Shown here: one piece after another, positions 28,623 to 36,035 of the stretch | Layout of the letters: every line of letters starts with the position of its first letter | Numbering within the stretch: the stretch's first letter is position 1 | IMG/VR virus record: IMGVR_UViG_3300030392_001562 | Span: 1 to 39,274 of that record | From: a virus | Lineage: Duplodnaviria; Caudoviricetes | Reading direction: 5' to 3' (one strand) | Length of the DNA stretch: 39,274 nt | Translations under genes and position numbers: made by a program | The notes under the pieces: model-generated | What the model saw: the letters and a program-made list of their open reading frames with translations, nothing else | Database searches by the model: none | What the model was told of the DNA's origin: nothing

Positions 28623-29968
28623 CGTTCAGAAATCCTCCCGGTGGTCAGGTTAAATGAAATTGTTACTGTCCCCGTGGGACCAGATCTCTGTTTGGCAATA
28701 CAGATCTCGCAAGCATCCTTATCTCTAAGATCGTCTTCGTCATAATAGCTGTCCCGGTAGACAAAGATTACCATGTCGGCGTCCTGTTCAATCGCCCCGG
28801 ACTCCCGTAGATCGCTCAGGATTGGACGTTTGTCTTTTCGGGACTCCAGACTCCTGCTGAGTTGAGATAGGAGCAGGATGCATATGTTCTGACGCTTGGC
28901 TTCGGCTTTAAATGCCGCACTGATCTGAGCTACGTCTTGTTCTCTCTGGCCATAGGAGTCTTTGGGTGGATAGACAAGTTGCAGGTAGTCTATCACTACG
29001 TAACCGATATTATATTTCTTGACGGCTTTTCTGATACTGGCCCTGACTTCTTCCAGCGTCCGTGATTTCTCATCTAAATAGATCGGTAGATTTTTGAAGG
29101 TCGCCGCGGCATCTGGTAACTTGAAAAAGTCATCCTTGCCAAGTAGTCCCCGGCGCATCTTGTGAGAATCGATTTCAGCCTCTGACGCTAGCGCTCGATT
29201 TCCAATCTGGAAGTTACTCATTTCCAGATTTATCCATAAAACGCTGTTACCAGGGCTTTCTGCTGCCGCTCTGGCCAAGTTCCAGGCTATCGCACTCTTA
29301 CCCATTCCAGGACGTCCCGCAAGTATAATTTGATCTGTGCGCTGGAACCCGTTTGTAATGTCATCGATCCTTCTGTTGCCAGTGGGAAATCCAAGTATTT
29401 GACCCGGATTCTCTTTGGCGAGTTTTGCTCCAGCCAAGGCCTTCTCTGCAACTTCTCCAATAGTATGATACTCTCCACCGCCTATTTCAAGATCGGTTGA
29501 TATGGCCGATGCCTCTGACAGTAACTCTTCGGCTGATGTTCGTTCAAAGGCGTCCTGTCTGATACGTTCCGTGCGAGTTATCAGAGTTCGCCTCACATAA
29601 TCGTCACGCACGATTTTTGCGTATGTCGTAGTATGTGAAGCCGCTCCCGCATCACCAGCCAGAGAAGCTATATTATGATGCCCAACTTTTTCGAGATCCC
29701 CTACGCGAATCAATTCTTCGGCTATTGTTACCTGATCTATAGGATCACCCCTGTCGCGCAACAGACAGGCGGAATGGAAAATCTTTTTATGGTTGGATCT
29801 GTAGAACATGTCTTCCGTCAGAATGTCACGGCAGTCATCTATAATATGTTCATATGTCATGATCGCGCCAAGAACCCCGCGTTCGCTTTCCATGGATTGC
29901 GGTAACGGTCTATCGGTCTTGGGTATATCGACTTTGTGCCTGACTTTGTTCATATAGCTCGTCTGCAT
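28619..29968 (-). CDS. dnaB: Replicative DNA helicase DnaB
   Basis: PQSMESERGVLG N-domain, AGRPGMGKS Walker A, VIDYLQL, LSQLSR, DLRESGAIEQDAD, IAKQRSGPTG; start placed at ATG 29968. Confidence 0.96.
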   Translation of the reverse strand: MQTSYMNKVRHKVDIPKTDRPLPQSMESERGVLGAIMTYEHIIDDCRDILTEDMFYRSNHKKIFHSACLLRDRGDPIDQVTIAEELIRVGDLEKVGHHNIASLAGDAGAASHTTTYAKIVRDDYVRRTLITRTERIRQDAFERTSAEELLSEASAISTDLEIGGGEYHTIGEVAEKALAGAKLAKENPGQILGFPTGNRRIDDITNGFQRTDQIILAGRPGMGKSAIAWNLARAAAESPGNSVLWINLEMSNFQIGNRALASEAEIDSHKMRRGLLGKDDFFKLPDAAATFKNLPIYLDEKSRTLEEVRASIRKAVKKYNIGYVVIDYLQLVYPPKDSYGQREQDVAQISAAFKAEAKRQNICILLLSQLSRSLESRKDKRPILSDLRESGAIEQDADMVIFVYRDSYYDEDDLRDKDACEICIAKQRSGPTGTVTISFNLTTGRISER

Positions 29969-29969
29969 G

Positions 29970-30374
29970 TCATTTTGAAACCTCGTATTCCTTTCTATAG
30001 GGTGGCTTTTTACCTTCAGGAGTATTTTGCTGTTCAATATGAATGTTTTCCATTATTGCCCCGAAGTAGGGTAATGGACTTCCATTCAGATCCATTACGG
30101 TCTTACCCTGATTTGCAAACCTGCGCAGAACTCCAATAGGAGTCTGGTAACCGTAGGATCGACAGACCCGTGCGAACCAGGAATAGGGCGGTGGGTCCCA
30201 TCCGATCAGACCACATGTGTCCTGAAACCAGCGCGATGCTCCCTGATGAGTCCAGCCCCCATGCGCTTCCAGTAACAAGATGTACTCGCATAGATTCTGG
30301 ATAACCCAAATGCCGTGGCCCTCACCATAGGCCTCACATGTCTTCTTTATGTTCTCTATGTCGGGGCGATCCAT
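29970..30374 (-). CDS. Hypothetical protein upstream of dnaB
   Basis: 134 aa, tightly coupled to both neighbours. Confidence 0.6.
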   Translation of the reverse strand: MDRPDIENIKKTCEAYGEGHGIWVIQNLCEYILLLEAHGGWTHQGASRWFQDTCGLIGWDPPPYSWFARVCRSYGYQTPIGVLRRFANQGKTVMDLNGSPLPYFGAIMENIHIEQQNTPEGKKPPYRKEYEVSK

Positions 30375-30571
30375 CAGGTTGCCCTGTGAAGTCTATACAG
30401 TGCGTAACCCTGTTGGGTAATCGTAGTAGATATTTTCCAACCCTCTTTGCGAAGCTCGGCAATTCTGGCCGCAAGCCTGAAACATCCAAACATTTCCAGA
30501 GCGCTTCTGGGGGTTAAAGCCCCATGCTCCAACATATAATTAATTATCATGCGTTTCTGTGTCTGTTTCAT
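30374..30571 (-). CDS. Winged HTH protein (HTH_39-like)
   Basis: TQKRMIINYM..GALTPRSALEMFGCFRLAARIAELRKEGWKI. Confidence 0.85.
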   Translation of the reverse strand: MKQTQKRMIINYMLEHGALTPRSALEMFGCFRLAARIAELRKEGWKISTTITQQGYALYRLHRAT

Positions 30572-30914
30572 GGCCAAAGTCTCCCTTGGTTATTGCTTCT
30601 ATTCTAGGTGTCCACCTGACAGCCTTCCCGCCTCTCTTGACTTTCAGTTTACGCCAGGACCACAGTTCGATCAGACCGCCCAGATCAAGCCATTTAAGGG
30701 CATCTGGACAGCCCGTGATCTTTGTCCTGTGTGAGGCGTGATTAGACCCTGAAGTGACCTGTATGGCCGTTATACCCCCATTGGGGAGTGCAACCAGATC
30801 AGCAAAGCCAAACATGTCTACGCGCCGTCTGGCTGGAGCTATCCAGCGCTCTACAACACAGGCTGAAATACCCTGTTTTCTGAGTTCTGCAAGAGTTCTG
30901 GCTGACGGGTTCAT
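30540..30914 (-). CDS. PD-(D/E)xK nuclease, Holliday-junction-resolvase-like
   Basis: LRKQG..VVERW..RRVDMFGFADLVAL..AIQVTS. Confidence 0.7.
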   Translation of the reverse strand: MNPSARTLAELRKQGISACVVERWIAPARRRVDMFGFADLVALPNGGITAIQVTSGSNHASHRTKITGCPDALKWLDLGGLIELWSWRKLKVKRGGKAVRWTPRIEAITKGDFGHETDTETHDN

Positions 30915-31216
30915 GCTTCCCCTAGTCTTCGCATTGTAACTGGTAAATTTTCGGGTTCCGAGATGTCCACCATTATGCAGTAAAGCCCTGCCAGAAATCG
31001 CACATGCTTACAGTAAGGGTGCTCTCTGGATAGACAACTACACTCCGGCTTATCCATGTCTACCGTGTGGCGATCACCGGACGGTGACGTGAAGATCCAA
31101 TCATGACCACCCATATTCTGTAACCGGTAACCGAAAGCTTCCAGATTTAGCTTTGGCATCACGCTCCAAAGGTTAAAGCCGGGGGGTTTACAATGTGTCC
31201 CTTGGTCAATTCGCAT
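30911..31216 (-). CDS. SWIM zinc-finger protein
   Basis: HTVD....CSC......YCKHV. Confidence 0.75.
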   Translation of the reverse strand: MRIDQGTHCKPPGFNLWSVMPKLNLEAFGYRLQNMGGHDWIFTSPSGDRHTVDMDKPECSCLSREHPYCKHVRFLAGLYCIMVDISEPENLPVTMRRLGEA

Positions 31217-31249
31217 TGCACGCCCCCCGGCTGTGCTACCTATTTCGGG

Positions 31250-32026
31250 TTAAAATGGTAGCCCGTCATATGTGCCAACTGGAATTTTCAGATCACTATC
31301 TTTGGCATCCTTTTCACAGCGAGCAATAAACACCTCCAGCTTCTTGTTGGAGGCTGTGTCTACGAAGGCCTTGTAATTTTCAGCCTTCTCTTTATCATAA
31401 ACTCCCTGTGACCCCAGAAACGTAATCAGATTTATTGCTGTGAGTTTCAGATCGTCAACCTGACCGGTGCCACCGTTTTCCTCCTCTTCTTCCCGTGCCT
31501 CTATCCGCTTGAAGATTGCTTCCTGAATACGCTCAGATAACTCCAGCTCTTCAGGCTTGATTTCGCGGGCATCCTCTGTAACCTTGAGGAACACGATGTT
31601 GGCGAATGTCATCTCCTCGCCCCCTGGGGGTGCCCACTTGTTATGCTCGATCTCGTAACGAACACTGATACCCTGAGACTCTGGATCTGTCTCTGTTACC
31701 AGAGCCAAATCTCCATTCTCGGAATCCCGGAGCGCACGTCCCAGCAACTTGCGGCGCAACTTGTAACAGGTCGAGCGTTCCCCTGTTGCCAGATTAACTT
31801 TCTGGGTCAACACGAAGGGCCTCTCTTCCCTGATCGGTTTGCCCTTTTCGTCCTCTCCATCCCACACGTAGCTGTGGGTGGTGGACATTATTTTTAGGGC
31901 GACTTTGTGCTTGTCCCCATATTTAGGATGGGTCTCTATGCCATGATCGAACCACCCCAGAACAACGCCCTCTCCTGCCTCTTCTGGATGAATCTCGTAG
32001 CTACTTGACTTCTCGATTCTGGCCAT
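31250..32026 (-). CDS. Putative single-stranded DNA-binding protein
   Basis: Acidic, beta-rich N-domain; ends in YDGLPF like SSB C-terminal tails; in the replication cluster. Confidence 0.55.
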   Translation of the reverse strand: MARIEKSSSYEIHPEEAGEGVVLGWFDHGIETHPKYGDKHKVALKIMSTTHSYVWDGEDEKGKPIREERPFVLTQKVNLATGERSTCYKLRRKLLGRALRDSENGDLALVTETDPESQGISVRYEIEHNKWAPPGGEEMTFANIVFLKVTEDAREIKPEELELSERIQEAIFKRIEAREEEEENGGTGQVDDLKLTAINLITFLGSQGVYDKEKAENYKAFVDTASNKKLEVFIARCEKDAKDSDLKIPVGTYDGLPF

Positions 32027-32104
32027 TGTGTTACCCCCTTGGGTTAGTTTTGGCCATAGTTTTACCCCCGACAGCTAGAGTAACATGCCGGGGGCGGGAA
32101 CTTA

Positions 32105-32524
32105 CTACTTTTCTCGGGCAGTCCTTAAGGCCTGGACCAAGCCCTTGAAATCAAAGTTATCAATATTAGCGCTGTCATCTACAAGCCCTATCTTTTTGGC
32201 CTCATGAGCCACCATGGGAGCGAGTAGGATAGTTTCGCGCACGCTGTCCCAAAACTTTCCCCTGGACTGAAATATATGCATCAAGACTCCGAATAACACC
32301 CCTCCTTCTTCGCCAGATCCATCCAGAAAAATCTCCATATCATCGTTGGCGATCTTGAAAAACACGTTCCGGTTATCGCGCTCTACAATTATGGCCCCTT
32401 GCCCGCTTCGCATAATAATAGCAGAGCACTCTTCACCGAAAGGCGTATTCATCTGTCCGGTATACACCGGCACGCCTTGCGATTCATCTAAACTGATCTC
32501 TGATCCCATTATTATATCAGCCAT
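32105..32524 (-). CDS. Hypothetical protein
   Basis: 139 aa from ATG 32524 after a strong AGGGGAGGT RBS. Confidence 0.7.
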   Translation of the reverse strand: MADIIMGSEISLDESQGVPVYTGQMNTPFGEECSAIIMRSGQGAIIVERDNRNVFFKIANDDMEIFLDGSGEEGGVLFGVLMHIFQSRGKFWDSVRETILLAPMVAHEAKKIGLVDDSANIDNFDFKGLVQALRTAREK

Positions 32525-32530
32525 CGGTCT

Positions 32531-32735
32531 ACCTCCCCTTGTTTGATTCTGTAGGGGGAGGTTATCCTGTTTCCCCAAACAGGCCCCCCCCTACGATGTA
32601 ACCCTTAAGGGATTGTCCTCCCTATTTGGCAATCCCAGACCAGAGTCTCAACAGGTTGCCGTAATCTCCCCCGAGGCTAGTAACTAGCATAATAATTACG
32701 GTTTCCCATGACAGGACCAAGGTCATCGGGTTACA
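32531..32735 (-). ncRNA. Structured intergenic leader RNA candidate
   Basis: Multibranch fold closed by UGUAACCC/GGGUUACA, then a hairpin containing an anti-SD sequence. Confidence 0.45.
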
Positions 32736-32738
32736 ATA

Positions 32739-32945
32739 TCACAGACCCCATAGATGGGTAAATGATATCACTCCATCTGTTTCTTTGTGAATAGAAATAG
32801 CGGCCTCACGCGATGCGAGTCTGTTACCCAGCATAAGCTTACTCAGGGTTGCTGGATCAAGCTCTATCTTATCAGCAAACTCGACCTGGGACAAGCCCCT
32901 CATGTCAAGGTACTCGTTAAAACGTTTTCTGAGATTCCTCACCAC
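32739..32945 (-). CDS. XRE/Cro-like HTH regulator
   Basis: YLDMRGLSQVEFADKIELDPATLSKLMLGNR..AISIHKETDGVIS. Confidence 0.88.
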   Translation of the reverse strand: MVRNLRKRFNEYLDMRGLSQVEFADKIELDPATLSKLMLGNRLASREAAISIHKETDGVISFTHLWGL

Positions 32946-33268
32946 TCTCCCCTTAGTATATTGTTAGCCGCTTCCGTAAACAGATCCGGACTCAAATTTT
33001 GCAGGTATGTAATAGATACAACATCACTATGAGACCGTTGGGTATAAGTTCCTACACCCAGAACTTTTTTTAATTCTATTACAGAGGTTCGACCCTCAAC
33101 AAACAAGTCGCCCTGAGAAAACAGGGATTTCTCAGGTTGTTTCGGGCTTTCCCAATTTTCCAAACTTCCAATATTTTGATTAGGGTTGCGCGGCTTGAAA
33201 AGCTTCTTCCACGGATGGTTTCTTGGTTGCAGATGACCTCCGCGCTTACCTTCTCTTATATGTCCCAT
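32939..33268 (-). CDS. Hypothetical protein
   Basis: 109-aa ORF between a promoter and the Cro-like gene; start uncertain. Confidence 0.45.
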   Translation of the reverse strand: MGHIREGKRGGHLQPRNHPWKKLFKPRNPNQNIGSLENWESPKQPEKSLFSQGDLFVEGRTSVIELKKVLGVGTYTQRSHSDVVSITYLQNLSPDLFTEAANNILRGEW

Positions 33269-33371
33269 AGTAAATGTTGCTCCACCGAAATGTTATCTGG
33301 AGCGGTTCCGTTTAGTGCGCGTTGCGTCTTACGACCCCAGACCACTCTAAAAAGAGGACCATTCGCTCCAG

Positions 33372-33431
33372 ATAATTTGTATCTCAATAATTTTGTATCT
33401 CAATAATAAGACATACTGGACAATATGTCAA
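33372..33431 (-). promoter_or_regulatory. Sigma70 promoter for the Cro/replication operon with tandem operator-like repeats
   Basis: Minus strand TTGACA (33431-33426) - 17 nt - TATTAT (33408-33403); two copies of TTATTGAGATACAAA span the start site. Confidence 0.78.
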
Positions 33432-33433
33432 GT

Positions 33434-33730
33434 CTAAAGTTCCGTAATCACAACCTTCTCTTTCTGCGGCCCAGGATCGGTCTTGATTCTTTTCGGGTTA
33501 CTACGGGTATACAGTGCCGGATCAAGCAGGTATACTAACGCTTCGTTGCGGTTTTTGAGTCCTACTTCTTCTTGACACTCTGCCAATCGGGCAAGTATTA
33601 TCCTTGGAACGCGAAACGTTATATTCTCACATTCTTCCCCATCCCATTTACGGGCGGCCCCAGATCCCTCTCTGGCACCACCCCAATTTTTACTATACAC
33701 TTTCTTGGCGCTCTTTTGTTGTTGTGACAT
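33434..33730 (-). CDS. Ribbon-helix-helix-like DNA-binding protein
   Basis: WGGAREGSG arm followed by NITFRVPRIILARL..NRNEALVYLL. Confidence 0.6.
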   Translation of the reverse strand: MSQQQKSAKKVYSKNWGGAREGSGAARKWDGEECENITFRVPRIILARLAECQEEVGLKNRNEALVYLLDPALYTRSNPKRIKTDPGPQKEKVVITEL

Positions 33731-34241
33731 CTATGACCTCCTGTGTGAAGTCCGGTTTCTTAGTAACAACCTCAGCAGTAACGGGTGGAGCTTTTTGTGC
33801 TGCCTGAATAGCGTCTATCATCTCGGCTATTCTTCCGGTTTGGAAAACCTCCAACGCCCTCTTGAAGGCGCTAACCTTTTCCTTCTCTTCTGCAAATTCC
33901 ATATTTGTCAATATGGCCCACTTGAAATATACCTCGATTGCCCGCACGTTACCAGATACACATTCACCAATCAGCGCCTCCACGACATCGGCGTGCTTGT
34001 CTGTCATATGAACACTGACCAACTGCAACACGCGCTTTGCAATATCCCGATCACTTTTCCAGATACGCAATGACTCTCTGGATATACCAAATTGCTCCGC
34101 AAGCTCCGCCTGGGTTTTGGGCATTCTATTTTGCGACGGTGTCGCGAGCCATTGAGCGTACGACTCTCTCGCATCTTCTTTTCTCACCATTAACCCCTTC
34201 TCGCCTCGGGGATGTGCTACCTCTTCCGGTTTGTGGCTCAT
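33693..34241 (-). CDS. phBC6A51-like HTH protein, probable terminase small subunit
   Basis: YAQWLATPSQNRMPKTQAELAEQFGISRESLRIWK..VVEALI....GNVRAIEVYFK. Confidence 0.65.
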   Translation of the reverse strand: MSHKPEEVAHPRGEKGLMVRKEDARESYAQWLATPSQNRMPKTQAELAEQFGISRESLRIWKSDRDIAKRVLQLVSVHMTDKHADVVEALIGECVSGNVRAIEVYFKWAILTNMEFAEEKEKVSAFKRALEVFQTGRIAEMIDAIQAAQKAPPVTAEVVTKKPDFTQEVIDVTTTKERQESV

Positions 34242-34321
34242 TATATGATAACCCCTCTCGCGCGTTTAATGGACGGCTGGCTATATATATACATGTAACC
34301 CAGCTATAACTATGTATAAAT

Positions 34322-34549
34322 CTAGTATAGCCTGGGTTGTTCCCGTGCTATCTCGAATAGGGTTTCCAGGTCCCGATCTACAGTATTTAACTTTGCTGAA
34401 TAACCACTTGTCATGGTTTTCAACTCGGATAGCTTATAACTTATGATTTCCATTACTCCGGTAACTCTATTTAGTTCAGCGACCAAATGCTGAATATCCT
34501 GATTTACATCTTCCAGGGTTTCGCCTTTTGTCATCCGTACCACGTTCAT
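34322..34549 (-). CDS. Small coiled-coil protein
   Basis: 75 aa from ATG 34549 after AAGGAG. Confidence 0.7.
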   Translation of the reverse strand: MNVVRMTKGETLEDVNQDIQHLVAELNRVTGVMEIISYKLSELKTMTSGYSAKLNTVDRDLETLFEIAREQPRLY

Positions 34550-34625
34550 GGCATACTCCTTTTCAGTAACATGCATGGTTTCCTTGCACTAACTGGGTTG
34601 GGTGGGGCTGTGGGATGGCGGTTGC

Positions 34626-34937
34626 TCATGCGTCTTTGATGTCGAAATACTCGAAAGCCTCGGAAGCCTCGGATTGATCCCAGCCTTCAAGGTGTTCCCT
34701 TGCTACTTCCGGAGTAACCGGTACAATCCCGCTTCCCCCGATCCGTCCGTTACCGTCTACGCTTTTAGCGTAACGGCTGGCCGGACCGCCCTCTCCAGCC
34801 AAAAACCACCTACCGTTTTTGGTCCGGTAGAGCGATTCGCACACGTGCCCATGATCGGATTGGTAGCCATCCCAATGTTGCGCTACTTTTTCAGCGGTCT
34901 CTGTGTCGTAACGTAGTCCCCCGATTACTTTTTTCAT
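34626..34937 (-). CDS. Conserved-looking phage early protein
   Basis: MKKVIGGLRYDTETA..ESLYRTKNGRWFLAGEGGPASRYA; GGAGG RBS. Confidence 0.8.
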   Translation of the reverse strand: MKKVIGGLRYDTETAEKVAQHWDGYQSDHGHVCESLYRTKNGRWFLAGEGGPASRYAKSVDGNGRIGGSGIVPVTPEVAREHLEGWDQSEASEAFEYFDIKDA

Positions 34938-34952
34938 CTTTACCTCCAGCTC

Positions 34953-35045
34953 TCAAGAAGCGATAAGCAACAACACCATGGCGGTCATGGTGGCGATATA
35001 CACAGTTACGGCGGCATCGATGGCGCTTGTTACTGTATCGATCAT
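34953..35045 (-). CDS. 30-aa hydrophobic peptide (not in ORF track)
   Basis: GGAGG-6nt-ATG; MIDTVTSAIDAAVTVYIATMTAMVLLLIAS fills the gap exactly. Confidence 0.6.
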   Translation of the reverse strand: MIDTVTSAIDAAVTVYIATMTAMVLLLIAS

Positions 35046-35061
35046 GTCACACCTCCAGGGG

Positions 35062-35328
35062 TTAGTACGCTGATTCGATATATTCTCTGCAATGGTCACA
35101 GGACAAGTCGGCCTCTTCCCAATTTATGTCTGCCCCTTCGACTTTCCATCCATCTTCGCAGTTATCCCTCACACTGTCCTGTATAAGGCTATACTCAGAC
35201 TTGAGGCAATCCCAGCACAGGACGGCACCGTCTGAAGTAACAGCGTACATGGGATATCCTCCGGGCCAGGCATATGGTCCGGCCCGAAAGAGACTTGCGA
35301 GGTCTTTGGTATTCCTTACTGTGGTCAT
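35062..35328 (-). CDS. Cys-rich early protein
   Basis: PYAWPGGYP..LCWDC..INWE..LSCDHC..IESAY; GGGAGG RBS directly after ribozyme A. Confidence 0.8.
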   Translation of the reverse strand: MTTVRNTKDLASLFRAGPYAWPGGYPMYAVTSDGAVLCWDCLKSEYSLIQDSVRDNCEDGWKVEGADINWEEADLSCDHCREYIESAY

Positions 35329-35344
35329 GTTGCGCCTCCCTTGT

Positions 35345-35415
35345 TACCTGACTTAGCCGGTGATCTATTCACCGTTGATGGGCCACGCCACGTAGAGGCG
35401 TCAGGTATGTGGCCC
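35345..35415 (-). ncRNA. HDV-like (double-pseudoknot) self-cleaving ribozyme, copy A
   Basis: P1 GGGCCAC/GUGGCCC; P2 UACCUGAC/GUCAGGUA; P3 GCC/GGC; L3 UCUACGU; P4 CGGUGA/UCACCG; J4/2 GCUAA. Confidence 0.85.
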
Positions 35416-35435
35416 TGCCCCCGGGGGGGCGTCTG

Positions 35436-35927
35436 CTAACCTAGTGCGAGATAGAGCGGGAAGAACTCCGGCACCCTCTCCCTGGGGCGTCCCGCATCGT
35501 GATACAATTTTTCCTGCGCTGCGTATGCCGGGTTGTGGTCAATCTCCCCTATGGTCGGACCGGGGTCGGACTGTCCGCTTGCAACCTCACGGTGGCGGGA
35601 GGTGATGCTCTGGATATTTTCCCTTTCGCTCTGCACGGAAAAATCGATGAAATCGATGTCGTCCAGAGCTGAGGCGATCTGGTCTGTCGCCGCCTTGCCG
35701 TAACTGCTCAGGACGGGGGACGAATCCAGCAGAGCCTCGCCGTCCTTCACGCTCCAGATTTTCCTCTCCTCTCCCTCCCTCTGTCCATGAACATTTCGGA
35801 CCTCCTGCCCAACTGTCTCCCCGATCAAGCCGTCTGCCAGAAAGTCTCGCCTAGCGTCCTCCAGTTTCCGAACCGCCCTTTTGGCGTTCGCTACCGCCCT
35901 GCTCCACTGCTTGTCCCTTTTCAACAT
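35436..35927 (-). CDS. Hypothetical early protein flanked by the two ribozyme repeats
   Basis: 163 aa from ATG 35927 after AAGGAGG. Confidence 0.75.
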   Translation of the reverse strand: MLKRDKQWSRAVANAKRAVRKLEDARRDFLADGLIGETVGQEVRNVHGQREGEERKIWSVKDGEALLDSSPVLSSYGKAATDQIASALDDIDFIDFSVQSERENIQSITSRHREVASGQSDPGPTIGEIDHNPAYAAQEKLYHDAGRPRERVPEFFPLYLALG

Positions 35928-35943
35928 CGTGCACCTCCTTGTT

Positions 35944-36014
35944 ACCTGACTTAGCCGATGAGCCATTCACCGTTGATGGGCCGCGCCGCGTAGAGGCGTC
36001 AGGTTCTGCGGCCC
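35944..36014 (-). ncRNA. HDV-like (double-pseudoknot) self-cleaving ribozyme, copy B
   Basis: P1 GGGCCGC/GCGGCCC; P2 ACCUGAC/GUCAGGU; P3 GCC/GGC; L3 UCUACGC; P4 CGGUGA/UCAUCG; J4/2 GCUAA. Confidence 0.85.
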
Positions 36015-36035
36015 TGCCCCTCGAAAGGGGCGGTG

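Noticed and set aside
32697-32729. CCGAUGA...GAAAC on the - strand as a hammerhead ribozyme core
   Set aside because: Core reads CCGAUGA rather than CUGAUGA, stem II is weak and there is no properly placed UH cleavage site
33084-33097. GGTTCGA hairpin as a tRNA T-arm
   Set aside because: Only a 4-bp stem with a 6-nt loop; no cloverleaf around it
35329-36035. Repeats as attL/attR sites, IS ends or tRNA-linked theta ribozymes
   Set aside because: No integrase, transposase or tRNA nearby; differences follow RNA structure; both copies retain a P4 stem
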